A stretch of 64,000 nucleotides of DNA from an uncultured Ignavibacteria bacterium (lineage in GTDB: Bacteria > Bacteroidota > Ignavibacteria > UBA10030 > UBA6906), in the NCBI GenBank assembly GCA_963780165.1, contig CAWABB010000007.1, forward strand, positions 35,173 through 99,172, given 5' to 3'. This document shows positions 1-10,241 of this stretch, in pieces. The notes beneath the pieces are model-generated. The model ran no database searches, was not told the origin of the DNA, and saw only the letters and a program-made list of their open reading frames with translations. The translations under genes and the position numbers were made by a program. Each line of letters begins with the position of its first letter. Position 1 is the first letter of the stretch.

Positions 1-1
1 C

Positions 2-685
2 TTGAGCCGGTCGCTCGCGGATTTCATTGCAGGTGCGTGCGAGGTGCCACGAGATAGGATCCGGGTAGTGCCGTATTCGATTGATTGTGATGCGTACCGG
101 CCTGCCGCTCCTCCCCCGCCCGGTCCGCCGTACTTCATTCTGTCCATCGGCCGCCTGCAGAAGCGCAAGGGGACTCATACTCTTGTCTCTGCGCTTCAGA
201 AAGTCTGGAAGACGCAACCGGAAACGCACCTTCTCCTGTTCGGAGAGGATTCTGACTTTGGAAGGCCGCAAATCGAATCCCTGATCCCGGCATCAGAACA
301 CCGCGGTCGTATCCACTGTTTGGGGTTCATTCCGCGGAACGAGTTGATTGAGCAATACCGAAAAGCTCACGTCTACGTGACGCCCACGCGTTATGAGACC
401 TTTGGATACACCATTCTCGAAGCCATGGCATGTGGACGGCCGGTGATCGCATCGGATATCGGCCCGATTTCGGATCTGGTCCGACATGAGGAGACAGGCT
501 GGCTTGTGCCGCGTGATGACGTTGATGTGCTGGCAGAGACGATCCTCTCGGCGCTGGGTCATGCAGAGCGGCGTGAAGCATATGGACGCGAAGGTCGACA
601 ACTCGCCGAACGATTTTCCAGCGACATCCTCTTACCGCGACAATTGAAACTGTACGAGGAAGCTGCCGCCGTTCGCAATCGCTAA
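2..685 (+). CDS. Glycosyltransferase family 4, 5' end outside the window
   Basis: GT-B motifs SIGRLQKRKG and YETFGYTILEAMACGRPVIAS. Confidence 0.9.
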   Translation: MSRSLADFIAGACEVPRDRIRVVPYSIDCDAYRPAAPPPPGPPYFILSIGRLQKRKGTHTLVSALQKVWKTQPETHLLLFGEDSDFGRPQIESLIPASEHRGRIHCLGFIPRNELIEQYRKAHVYVTPTRYETFGYTILEAMACGRPVIASDIGPISDLVRHEETGWLVPRDDVDVLAETILSALGHAERREAYGREGRQLAERFSSDILLPRQLKLYEEAAAVRNR

Positions 686-692
686 TGACAGG

Positions 693-1907
693 ATGCCGGT
701 GCATATCGCGCTAGTCAATCAATGGTACCCTCCCGAGGGTGGAGGGGGCGGGGTTGCCACGCACAACCATAACTTCGCCGTGGCGTGCGTCCGGCTTGGT
801 CACCGGGTGACGGTGATCTCGCAGCAGTTTCGGAACAATGTCGCTTCCCGTGATACCGCAGATGGCGTCAGCATCCTTCGCGTGCCGGCGCTCAACCTCT
901 ATGGTGGCCACCGATTGCCGGTTGTCGGGAGACAATACCGGTTCGCCCAGGCAATGGGGTACAGCAGGAAGGTGTGCAGTGTCCTCGAAGCGCTCCATCA
1001 GGAAACGCCGGTCGATATCGCTGAATTCGTGGAGGTCAACGCGGAAGGATTCTTCTGGCGACCCACCATGAGCAAACGCCTTGCCGTTCGATGCCAAACG
1101 CCCAACTGGGTGCTTCGACGCTACTATCTGAAGTCGGAGATGCCGTTTGACACAGGCCTGCTCGGGTGGGCCGAGCGACGCGTCATTCGGCGTGCTCATG
1201 TAGTAACGGCACCATCGCTCGATATGGCACACGTGATCGCGCATGACTGTGATGTGCCGATCGCATCAATTCATATGATTCCCAATGCCGTTGAGACTGG
1301 CCGACACCCCCTTGCCGTCCGGGGAGATCTGAACGATGATCTCAACGTGCTCTTTGTGGGTCGACTGGAGCGCGCAAAAGGGGTAGATACCCTTGTTGAT
1401 GCGATCACGAAGGTCGCGAGCACGGAGTCGAATGTGCGATTTGTCTTCGTCGGGAAACCCCGGAACAGACCCGGCGGTGGAACATACATCGACTTCATCA
1501 TGGACAGGCTTGGCGACCTGGTCCGACAAGGACGGGTCATCGTCAAAGGCTACCTCCCCGATGACGAGTTGGCGCAGGCCTATGCGCAGGCCGATATAGC
1601 CGTCGTTCCGTCGTTGCTGTATGAGAGTTTCTCATATACCTGTGCTGAAGCCATGGCGTTCGGAGTGCCAGTTGTCGGCAGCAGGATCGGGGGAATACCG
1701 GAGACGCTCGACCACGGCAGATGTGGAATCCTGGTTTCACCTGGTAGTGTCGAAGAGCTTGCTGACGGTATTCTTGCGTTAGTGCGCGACAAAGGGCTTC
1801 GTTCAACGATGGGGAATGCGGCTCGATCATTCGCGGTCGGTCGCTTTTCGTCTGAGAGGGTGGCGGGACAGATCCTCAACCTCTATGAGAGCATCGTCTC
1901 AGGATGA
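693..1907 (+). CDS. Glycosyltransferase family 4
   Basis: N-terminal WYPP..GGVAT; FVGRLERAKG; ESFSYTCAEAMAFGVPVVGS. Confidence 0.9.
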   Translation: MPVHIALVNQWYPPEGGGGGVATHNHNFAVACVRLGHRVTVISQQFRNNVASRDTADGVSILRVPALNLYGGHRLPVVGRQYRFAQAMGYSRKVCSVLEALHQETPVDIAEFVEVNAEGFFWRPTMSKRLAVRCQTPNWVLRRYYLKSEMPFDTGLLGWAERRVIRRAHVVTAPSLDMAHVIAHDCDVPIASIHMIPNAVETGRHPLAVRGDLNDDLNVLFVGRLERAKGVDTLVDAITKVASTESNVRFVFVGKPRNRPGGGTYIDFIMDRLGDLVRQGRVIVKGYLPDDELAQAYAQADIAVVPSLLYESFSYTCAEAMAFGVPVVGSRIGGIPETLDHGRCGILVSPGSVEELADGILALVRDKGLRSTMGNAARSFAVGRFSSERVAGQILNLYESIVSG

Positions 1908-1986
1908 ACTCCCCCTATCGCCATGTGGTGTTGTGCTCCAAGTGTCATATGCGACCTCGTAATGAATCCGCCCGGGAGAACGTCCT

Positions 1987-2982
1987 GTGTCTGTGAAGGA
2001 TGATTGCAGGATCTGTTGTACATCGACATCGGGCACCCGCTGGCAGGCGAGGGAGATGATGTTCGGCCTTCGAGACACATTTGAGTACTTTGAGTGTCAT
2101 CGATGTGGATGTGTTCAGATCTCGGAAATGCCAGCGACTCTCGAGAAGTACTATCCACCGGAGTACTACTCATTCTGGCGCCCCCGGGTAGAGAAGCCGA
2201 ATCCCATAAAGATGCTGGCGAAGATGTATCGCCTGCGTCACTTTCTGAATGACAGGAATCTTGTCGGTCTCGTGGCGACAAGACTCAAGGGTCCCGTCCC
2301 GCTCCCGGGCTGGCTCAAGAACGTCAATGTCACCCCGAAATCCCGAATTCTCGACGTCGGTTGCGGATATGGGAACCTGCTAAACAGGCTCCGTGCGGAG
2401 GGCTTCTCAAGCTTGCTGGGCATCGACCCGTATCTGCCCGGAGACGAAATCTACGACAATGGTGTAAGGGTTCTGAAAAGACGATTGGAAGAGATGAACG
2501 GGGAGTTCGATCTGATCATGCTTCATCATTCGTTCGAGCATATGCCGGATCCGCTTCATGCTCTCGTCACGTTGAGTGGCCTGCTTGCTCGTGACGGAGT
2601 GATGCTCATCAGAATTCCGGTCGCTTCTTCCTATGCATGGAGGAGGTACAGAACGAACTGGGTTCAGCTTGATGCCCCGCGTCATCTGTATCTCCATACT
2701 GTCGAAAGCATGAAGATCCTCGCCAACGCGGCTGGCCTCGAACCTGCGGGCATTGAATATGATTCGAACGCATTTCAATTCTGGGGAAGTGAACAGTATG
2801 AGAGGGACATACCACTGAATGATCCCCTGTCGCTGTCAAGCAACGCTCAATCGCCGATCTTCAGCCCGGAACGACTCGCTGAGTTCGCCCGGGGGGCCAC
2901 GGACCTGAACAGCAAAGGGGAAGGCGATCAAGCTTGTTTCTACATACGGAAGCAACTCCACTCCCGGCCCGCAGTACTGTGA
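1987..2982 (+). CDS. Class I SAM-dependent methyltransferase (glycan-cluster type)
   Basis: ILDVGCGYG SAM motif, FDLIMLHHSFEH, DAPRHL, two N-terminal CxxC pairs. Confidence 0.88.
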   Translation: MSVKDDCRICCTSTSGTRWQAREMMFGLRDTFEYFECHRCGCVQISEMPATLEKYYPPEYYSFWRPRVEKPNPIKMLAKMYRLRHFLNDRNLVGLVATRLKGPVPLPGWLKNVNVTPKSRILDVGCGYGNLLNRLRAEGFSSLLGIDPYLPGDEIYDNGVRVLKRRLEEMNGEFDLIMLHHSFEHMPDPLHALVTLSGLLARDGVMLIRIPVASSYAWRRYRTNWVQLDAPRHLYLHTVESMKILANAAGLEPAGIEYDSNAFQFWGSEQYERDIPLNDPLSLSSNAQSPIFSPERLAEFARGATDLNSKGEGDQACFYIRKQLHSRPAVL

Positions 2983-3000
2983 TCGAAAGGACGCATTGAG

Positions 3001-4005
3001 TTGGCACCATCTCGAATCCGGGCAGTCGTGCTCGGGTATGGCTCGCGGATGGATGTCTCCGCTGCGCTCTCATCATTGTCCTCCTCAACGATTCCTGCAG
3101 ACTTGGTGCTGGTGCAAAACGGACTACCGGATAGGGATATTGATGAGCTCGAGACAAGACACCCCGGAATACAAACGATAAGAAACCGGGGCAATATTGG
3201 CGTATCGGCAGGGCGGAACCAGGCGATTCAGGCGTCGCTTGCTGCCGGGGCGACCCACCTGTTCTTCCTGGACCGTGACGCCCGGGTTTCGCCAGATGCA
3301 ATTCGTGTTCTCATGGAGGCTCTCGCGGACATTCCCGACGCGGGAATGCTCTCCTGCATGATCTATACCGAGGAGGGGAAGTCAACCGTCCATTCCGCAG
3401 GGGCGTCGTTTGATCCCTCAGAGATTTCGGAAGATCATTTTCGTTTCGTTCCATCAGACCCGATACTCAATGTGCCGATCGTGTCGACGACTGCTACCCT
3501 CGTGACCAGAGAGTATGTCGAACGCGTGGGCCCGTTCGATGAACGCTACTTCGCCTACTTCGAGGATTTCGACTGGGCGGAACGGGGTACCAGGCTGGGA
3601 TATCGACATTACATTGTTTCGAACGCGGTGGCATATCACGATGAGGAGAGATCTCGCTATCATCCGCTTATTGTCTTCTATATGACACGCAACCGATTTC
3701 TCTTTGCCCGAGTACACGGGTATGTCAGCAGTTCACATGACTGGAAAGTCATTCGTCGTGCCCGGCGAGAGGCGGCATATCATCTCAGGTCATTGTTTGG
3801 ACTGCGTCCGCTCGCAGCGACCTGTCTGGTCGCATTTGTCTTCGGCTGTGGGGCGTTTCTCTTAGACAGATTCGGCAGAGCACCCGGCTGGATGACGAAG
3901 CCGGCCGAACAATTCAGGGAGGAGCGTCTTCGCATTTGGTTCTTAGACAGTTCATTCTTCGCATTGCTCCGAGGTCTTCGTCGGCAACTGTCGGGTCATG
4001 ACTAG
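3001..4005 (+). CDS. Glycosyltransferase family 2
   Basis: NIGVSAGRN, FFLDRDA, FDERYFAYFEDFDW motifs. Confidence 0.85.
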   Translation: MAPSRIRAVVLGYGSRMDVSAALSSLSSSTIPADLVLVQNGLPDRDIDELETRHPGIQTIRNRGNIGVSAGRNQAIQASLAAGATHLFFLDRDARVSPDAIRVLMEALADIPDAGMLSCMIYTEEGKSTVHSAGASFDPSEISEDHFRFVPSDPILNVPIVSTTATLVTREYVERVGPFDERYFAYFEDFDWAERGTRLGYRHYIVSNAVAYHDEERSRYHPLIVFYMTRNRFLFARVHGYVSSSHDWKVIRRARREAAYHLRSLFGLRPLAATCLVAFVFGCGAFLLDRFGRAPGWMTKPAEQFREERLRIWFLDSSFFALLRGLRRQLSGHD

Positions 4006-4099
4006 GTCATTACTTCATGTCACCATGTCCGGGTGTTCCATAAGCCGAGTCAAATCCCTCTTTCAGCGCACTCGGCTGATGAGTAGAAAGTCCTAACGA

Positions 4100-5347
4100 A
4101 TGAGCGAACTAGCCATACGAGTTGAAGGCCTGGGAAAGCAGTTCCGTATTGGAACGAAAACCCAGAAGTACAAGACCTTCAGGGAAAGTTTGATGGATGT
4201 CACGTTGGCCCCTCTTCGAACCGTTGGATCCAGAATCCGGGGTGAGAGGCGGTCCCCGCGACACGAACTCTTCTGGTCATTGAGGGATGTAAGCTTCGAA
4301 GTGAGACGCGGAGAAGTCCTGGGGATCATCGGGCGGAATGGAGCAGGGAAGACTACGCTACTGAAAGTGCTTTCGCAAATAACGGAACCCACCTGTGGCA
4401 GTGCGGATGTGTACGGTCGCGTCGGCTCTCTTCTTGAGGTAGGGACAGGTTTTCATCCGGAGTTGACGGGGAGGGAAAACATCTATCTCAACGGGGCCAT
4501 CCTCGGAATGAAAAGAGCCGAGATCAGCCGGAAGTTCGACGAAATTGTCGACTTTTCGGAAGTGGAGAAATTCATCGACACCCCCGTCAAGCGGTATTCC
4601 AGCGGAATGTACCTGCGGCTTGCTTTTGCGGTGGCGTCGCACCTTGATCCCGAGATTCTCCTGGTCGATGAAGTCCTCGCTGTCGGCGATGCGGCGTTTC
4701 AGAAGAAATGCCTTGGGAAGATGAAGAATGTCGCACATGAAGGACGCACGGTCCTCTTTGTGAGTCATAACATCGGTGTGGTGGCCGGGCTCTGCCAATC
4801 GGGGCTCTATCTCTCACAGGGGAATGTGATTCTCAAGGGGGCGGTGGAGGACTGCATCTCGAAGTACATGCATAGTCTCGGGAATCTCGATGCCTACAAT
4901 ATGGAGGATAGGCCCGGGTACAGGGCCTTCATCAAATCTGCACGGATCATAGGCTCAAAAAGCATAGCGGCAGGCGAATTTCTCGAAGCTGAGGTGACGG
5001 TGTTCAGTCGAGACAGCTTCGCGTTCAGCCTCGACTGGCGGATAAAGACCGAGATGTCGACCCCGGTTGCGTACGGCGTCCCGGTGATTCAGATGAATCA
5101 GGTGGAAACGCTTACCCCCGGGCTCAACCGCTACCTGGTAAGGATCAATTCCTTGTCGCTTGCGGAAGGCGCCTACACGTTGAGTTTTGATGTCAACATA
5201 CCATGGATTGAATACATCGAGAGGGTGGAGGATTGCCTTGAATTTCAGGTGGAGAGATCCCTGGCCTCAAATCAGTCTCACCCCATCAAGGCCTCCTGGA
5301 ATAACGGGGCGGTTCTCTTCCCGTTCACCTGGCAGAGACAAGGCTGA
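4100..5347 (+). CDS. wzt: Polysaccharide ABC exporter ATP-binding subunit with a C-terminal Wzt_C-like domain
   Basis: Walker A GRNGAGKTT, signature YSSGMYLRLAF, Walker B ILLVDE, VSH, plus a C-terminal extension. Confidence 0.92.
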   Translation: MSELAIRVEGLGKQFRIGTKTQKYKTFRESLMDVTLAPLRTVGSRIRGERRSPRHELFWSLRDVSFEVRRGEVLGIIGRNGAGKTTLLKVLSQITEPTCGSADVYGRVGSLLEVGTGFHPELTGRENIYLNGAILGMKRAEISRKFDEIVDFSEVEKFIDTPVKRYSSGMYLRLAFAVASHLDPEILLVDEVLAVGDAAFQKKCLGKMKNVAHEGRTVLFVSHNIGVVAGLCQSGLYLSQGNVILKGAVEDCISKYMHSLGNLDAYNMEDRPGYRAFIKSARIIGSKSIAAGEFLEAEVTVFSRDSFAFSLDWRIKTEMSTPVAYGVPVIQMNQVETLTPGLNRYLVRINSLSLAEGAYTLSFDVNIPWIEYIERVEDCLEFQVERSLASNQSHPIKASWNNGAVLFPFTWQRQG

Positions 5348-5350
5348 CCT

Positions 5351-6526
5351 ATGCCTCCAGTGATGGGCGCAAAGGGTCAGATGAGGATTCTCCTTGTCGC
5401 CTCGGGATATCCTCCTAACATCGGAGGACTTCAGACCACGGTGGAACAGATCGCCATCAGGCTGCAAGAAGCAGGACACACAGTTCTCGTTGTGACCAAT
5501 CGATTTCCTCGCTCGCTGCCAAGGCGAGAGAACCTGAACGGAGTCGCCGTTGTGCGAATGCTCTTCCTCTTCCCGAGGCTCCAGCACTTACGGAATGCGA
5601 GGCCTGATCTCTTCTTCGGAGGAATAGTATTCTTCCCGATCACTCTGGTTCGGCTCTTTCTCCTGGTGCGCCGGTACAAACCTGATGTGGTGAACATTCA
5701 TTACCTCGGCAGTCCCAGCTTGTTCGTGCTCGCGCTTCACTCCATGCAGCATTGTTCTCTGGTGGTTTCCATCCATGGGGGCGATGTTGATGGGGAAACG
5801 CTCAAGAACCGGTTCAATCGGTGGGTGTTCTGCGCCATGATACGAAGGGCTGCCGTGGTGACGTCATGTTCGGATTTTCTTGCCCAACAGGCAGGCTTGA
5901 TCGCCCCGGCACTCAAGACAAAGTGCGTGGTCATCCGTAACGGCGTGAACATCGAATTGTTCTCGACCGCTGCTGCCCACAAGCAGGACCGGCCATATGT
6001 GTTTTGCGTGGGGCAGTTAGAAACTCATAAGGGGTTCGATCTGGCGATCTCGGCATTCGGTCAGCTTCAGCACGACTTTCCCGACGTGGAGCTACTTATC
6101 GGGGGCACCGGAAGCCAGGCGACGGCGCTGGCGTCCGAATCATTGAAACTTGGTCTGGGGTCAAGAGTGAAGTTGTTGGGGAAGCTCGATCAGGCACGAA
6201 TTGCATCATTGATGCGGGGGAGCAAAGCGGTCATTATCCCGTCACATCATGAATCCCTGGGGATTGTCGCTCTGGAAGCTCGTTCCGCGATGGCGACGAT
6301 CATCGCGAGCAGGGTGGGCGGATTACTGGAAGCTCTGGACGGATACCCCGTCATGTGGGTAGAACCACACAGTGTCGTCGAGTTGCGGCGGGCTATCGTG
6401 AGTCTCCTGTCAGGGTGCAGCACAGACCCTCCCTCCAGTGCGCAACAATCTGTCCGACGTACCCCGGTCCTCTCCTGGGCTCAGACCGCTGAAATGTATC
6501 TCAAGATATACAAAGCGCTGAAGTGA
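5351..6526 (+). CDS. Glycosyltransferase family 4 (start may be 5381)
   Basis: YPPNIGG, VGQLETHKG, ESLGIVALEA. Confidence 0.88.
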   Translation: MPPVMGAKGQMRILLVASGYPPNIGGLQTTVEQIAIRLQEAGHTVLVVTNRFPRSLPRRENLNGVAVVRMLFLFPRLQHLRNARPDLFFGGIVFFPITLVRLFLLVRRYKPDVVNIHYLGSPSLFVLALHSMQHCSLVVSIHGGDVDGETLKNRFNRWVFCAMIRRAAVVTSCSDFLAQQAGLIAPALKTKCVVIRNGVNIELFSTAAAHKQDRPYVFCVGQLETHKGFDLAISAFGQLQHDFPDVELLIGGTGSQATALASESLKLGLGSRVKLLGKLDQARIASLMRGSKAVIIPSHHESLGIVALEARSAMATIIASRVGGLLEALDGYPVMWVEPHSVVELRRAIVSLLSGCSTDPPSSAQQSVRRTPVLSWAQTAEMYLKIYKALK

Positions 6527-7650
6527 GAATCGCCATTATACATCCTTTTCTGTTCCGGTTCGCCCGGGGGATCGAGCGCTATGTTGCCAGCCTCTCGACG
6601 GAGCTTGCCAGGAACGGTGTCGGAGTTGACATCCTTACCTGGGCATGGCGCAATGAGATACGTTGGAAGGAGCTCAGTGGGGATGTCCGCATCAGGAAGA
6701 TGCCATACGTGCGCTATTGTGCGGCGACGTTCGCGGCAGTGTTCTATGTTCTCCAGCTTTCGTTTCGACGCTATGATGTGGTCGTCGTATTCTTCCCCGA
6801 CTATGGTGAGACGGTTGCCTTGCGACTCACCCGCCTGATGAGGCATCAACCGTATTGTATTGTGTTCCACTATCCACTCGAAGCGGCACCACATCGATAT
6901 CATCAATTCGCACGGTACAACTTCGCCCACAACGCCGATTCTCTCATCGCCGTGAGCGACTATGTGGCTGCTGACGTGAAACAAGAGTTCGGTCGGGATA
7001 GCGTCGTTATCCCCAACGGTGTTGATGTCTCGTCCTTCAAGTGTGACGAGGGCATGCGCAGGTCTGCTCGACAAAGACTTGGCCTCGCGGAGGATGCGCC
7101 CCTTCTGATTACTCTCGCCGCGCTGGAGGAACGCAAAGGCATTCAATGGCTGGTTCAATCGTTACCATTGCTCCTGCAGGAATTCCCCGACCTCACTTAC
7201 CTCGTCCTTGGTGAGGGGGCCTATCGCAATGCGCTCGAAGCCCAGATTGATCGCCTCTCACTCGGTGATCACGTCAGGCTGCTCGGGAGCCGTGTTGACG
7301 TCGTCGACTTTCTCGCAGCAGCGGATATCGGCTGTTTGCTCTCCAGAGGGGAAGCGATGGGGCTGTCGTTGCTTGAATGTATGGCGATGCGGCTTCCAGT
7401 TGTCACGTCGCGGAATCCCCCATTTACTGAGTTCGTGCGTCCTGAATGGGGAAGGCTTGTGGACGTGAATGACTCACAGTCGGTCGCGCGTACCATTGGT
7501 GGTCTCCTCCACGATGCAGAACTGCGCCGCAAGATGGGGGAATCAGCACGGGAGGAAGCGACTGGCAAGTACTCGTGGGCGAAAACTGCTGAGTGCTATC
7601 TTTCCATCTTTAAGCCGTCGCAGGGTCATCCTCCAGGGCCCGATCGATGA
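6523..7650 (+). CDS. Glycosyltransferase family 4
   Basis: VIPNGVD, LEERKG, EAMGLSLLECMA; start overlaps the previous stop. Confidence 0.88.
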   Translation: MRIAIIHPFLFRFARGIERYVASLSTELARNGVGVDILTWAWRNEIRWKELSGDVRIRKMPYVRYCAATFAAVFYVLQLSFRRYDVVVVFFPDYGETVALRLTRLMRHQPYCIVFHYPLEAAPHRYHQFARYNFAHNADSLIAVSDYVAADVKQEFGRDSVVIPNGVDVSSFKCDEGMRRSARQRLGLAEDAPLLITLAALEERKGIQWLVQSLPLLLQEFPDLTYLVLGEGAYRNALEAQIDRLSLGDHVRLLGSRVDVVDFLAAADIGCLLSRGEAMGLSLLECMAMRLPVVTSRNPPFTEFVRPEWGRLVDVNDSQSVARTIGGLLHDAELRRKMGESAREEATGKYSWAKTAECYLSIFKPSQGHPPGPDR

Positions 7651-8396
7651 TGCTCACCTCATTCTTGCACGAGGGGGGTCGCGTAGAGGTCAATATTCCA
7701 ATCTTGGTCTACCACCAGATCGAGCCGGTCGCAGACCGGGGAATTGAGAAGAGAGGACTGGTAGTGGATGCATCGACATTTCGGAAACAAATGTCGTTGC
7801 TGCGTTCGTTCGGCTATTCGTCAATCGGTTTTGATGATTTGATGCTCATTCTGGAGGGAAAGGCGAAAAGGCCCAGGAGAGTCTTCATTCTGTCATTTGA
7901 CGATGGATACCAGGGTGTCTACGAGTACGCCTACCCGATCCTGAGAGAGTATGGATTCTCAGCCACAATCTTCTGCATCGCTGAGGATTTAACAAGGACG
8001 GGTGTGGCAGATCCTCCTCGTGCCTTTAGAACCTTGAACCGGGATGAGGTGCAAGAACTTCTACGGGCGGGCTTCTCTCTGGGGTCACATTCCTTCTCCC
8101 ATTGTGACCTCGTTTCGGTCTCCGCAGAAGAAGCTCAGAAGGAAATTTCGGTTTCCCGAACTACTCTGGAGGATATGTTCGGAGTGCGTGTCAGCTCCTT
8201 CGCATATCCGTATGGCAGGCACACATCAACGATCGAGAGAATGGTCGAGGACAACGGATACTCGGTGGCGGTCTCGACAGCATTCGGCAAGATCCACGAA
8301 CTCAAAGACCGGTTTCGGCTAAAGCGCCTGCCAATTGGATTCGACCAGGGTCTTGTCGGGTACGTCAGCCGATTCCTTGGATGTCATTACTTCTGA
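7647..8396 (+). CDS. Polysaccharide deacetylase (CE4/NodB-like)
   Basis: PILVYH, LSFDDGY, GSHSFSH, FAYPYG. Confidence 0.9.
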   Translation: MMLTSFLHEGGRVEVNIPILVYHQIEPVADRGIEKRGLVVDASTFRKQMSLLRSFGYSSIGFDDLMLILEGKAKRPRRVFILSFDDGYQGVYEYAYPILREYGFSATIFCIAEDLTRTGVADPPRAFRTLNRDEVQELLRAGFSLGSHSFSHCDLVSVSAEEAQKEISVSRTTLEDMFGVRVSSFAYPYGRHTSTIERMVEDNGYSVAVSTAFGKIHELKDRFRLKRLPIGFDQGLVGYVSRFLGCHYF

Positions 8397-8433
8397 GCCT
8401 CATCGGCAGTCACACATCGCACGGGCTTCACGA

Positions 8434-9279
8434 ATGACGAGGGAACACCTGACTGTGTTGATTCCGACTTTCAATAATGCGAAAGACATTGTTGCCCTTC
8501 TGGATGATGTATCATGGGCAAGCGAGATACTTGTCGTCGACTCATTCAGCACGGATGAGACCGTGAGGACATGCCGGGAACGGGGCGCGAAGGTCGTTCA
8601 ACACACCTATGAGAACTCTGCAAAGCAGAAGAATTGGGCAATTCCCCAGTGCGCCCATCCGTGGGTTCTCCTGATCGACACAGACGAACGATTGCCAAAG
8701 GGGCTGCAGTCTGAGATTCTAGCACTCATGACGCAAGGCATTCCAGAGGACTGTGACGCGTATAGGATTGCTCGAAAGAATATGATCCTCGGAGAGTGGA
8801 TCAAGGCGATGGATCTATGGCCCGACTATCAGACCCGACTCTTCCGGAGGGATGTCGGGCGCTACGAAGACAAGGAAGTCCACGCGGACATCGAGGTTCC
8901 GGGCCGGCTTGGTACGTTGACGAATGCGCTGGTCCATAACGGAACTGATTCGTTGTCGAAACAGATCTCCCTCCTCGACAGATATTCATCCTACAAGGCC
9001 ACTGAATTTAGACGCCGGGGGAGGAGATTTCGCACCATCGATCTCCTTGTGCGACCCTTAGGGGCGTTCTTCTATCTCTTTGTTCTTCGACAGGGATTCA
9101 AGGAGGGCATCAGGGGGCTCTTTCTTGCCTTTCACACAATGGCGTTTTCATTCTTCACGTATGCGAAACTGTGGGAGAAGGAATTGTCGGATCGTCGTGG
9201 ACAGGACATCGTTTCAACCACGGGATCGGGTGGCGAGGCTGAACAGCCGCCATCCGGGCGTCCTCTGACGGGTGGTTGA
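8434..9279 (+). CDS. Glycosyltransferase family 2 (WaaE/KdtX-like)
   Basis: VVDSFSTDET, WVLLIDTDE, PDYQTRLF, VHA. Confidence 0.88.
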   Translation: MTREHLTVLIPTFNNAKDIVALLDDVSWASEILVVDSFSTDETVRTCRERGAKVVQHTYENSAKQKNWAIPQCAHPWVLLIDTDERLPKGLQSEILALMTQGIPEDCDAYRIARKNMILGEWIKAMDLWPDYQTRLFRRDVGRYEDKEVHADIEVPGRLGTLTNALVHNGTDSLSKQISLLDRYSSYKATEFRRRGRRFRTIDLLVRPLGAFFYLFVLRQGFKEGIRGLFLAFHTMAFSFFTYAKLWEKELSDRRGQDIVSTTGSGGEAEQPPSGRPLTGG

Positions 9280-9290
9280 CTGGTTGGCGT

Positions 9291-10205
9291 ATGATCCAAT
9301 TCTCCGTTTTGATTTGCACGTACAATCGACCGGTCATGTTAACGGCGGCGCTCTCCGCTCTTCTCGAGAGAACAACGGAGAAACCCGACCAGGTCGTGGT
9401 GGTGAACGGCGGCGGCCCCGAGGCGGACGACATTGTCCGTCGTTTTCAGGACACTGCCGGTTCCCGGGGGGTGGAGCTGAAGCTTGTCCGAACGGAGAAC
9501 ATCAATCTCGCGACAAGCCGGAATATCGGTTTGCGGGAATGTTCAGGCGATGTTGTAGCGATGACGGATGATGATGCCGAGGTGTTTCCTGATTGGGTCC
9601 TCCGCATGAAAGAGACTCATGAAAGGCATCCCGAAGTGGGAGCGGTCGGAGGGCCTGTGTTGGGGTTCGGGAGTTCGAAGAATCTTGTCAGCAGGGTGTC
9701 GGACATCGTCACGTTTCCCGCTTCAGATCACGCCTCGTACGTTCGGACCCTTCCGGGCGTAAATGTGTCCTACAAAAGGGTGACGATCCAAAAAGTGGGG
9801 ACCCAAGACGAGTCCCTCTTTCGCGGGGAAGATGTGGATTTTAACTGGCGAGTGAAGCTGGCGGGATATGAAGTGTTGTTCGATCCAACGATCAGAGTCC
9901 GCCATCACCATCGTCCCGGCCTGTTCCAGTTGTTGCGCCAGCACTATATGTACGGCCGCGCATACTATCTGGTCCGCAACAAATGGCCGGAGATGTACTG
10001 TGTATATCCCCGGTCATTGGGTTCGGCCAGAGATGTCCTGAAGGCGATCCATTTTGTGCTGGCGGCCATCTATGAGCCTTTTCTGTACGCCTCGAAGCTT
10101 GAGCGTACGACCGATAAGGTGCTTGCGTGGCCTATTCTCTTCATGAACCAATGTGCCTGGCGCGGCGGAATGATCGCACAGAGGGTTCTTGGCGGATCCC
10201 ATTGA
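9291..10205 (+). CDS. Glycosyltransferase family 2
   Basis: SVLICTYNR, MTDDD, GEDVDFNWR. Confidence 0.88.
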   Translation: MIQFSVLICTYNRPVMLTAALSALLERTTEKPDQVVVVNGGGPEADDIVRRFQDTAGSRGVELKLVRTENINLATSRNIGLRECSGDVVAMTDDDAEVFPDWVLRMKETHERHPEVGAVGGPVLGFGSSKNLVSRVSDIVTFPASDHASYVRTLPGVNVSYKRVTIQKVGTQDESLFRGEDVDFNWRVKLAGYEVLFDPTIRVRHHHRPGLFQLLRQHYMYGRAYYLVRNKWPEMYCVYPRSLGSARDVLKAIHFVLAAIYEPFLYASKLERTTDKVLAWPILFMNQCAWRGGMIAQRVLGGSH

Positions 10206-10241
10206 CGTGGAAGAAGTGGTCATGAGACAACGCGTCGTGAT

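Noticed and set aside
4043-4077. agccgagt...actcggct inverted repeat before wzt
   Set aside because: Only an 8-bp stem with a long loop and no U-tract; not enough to assign a function
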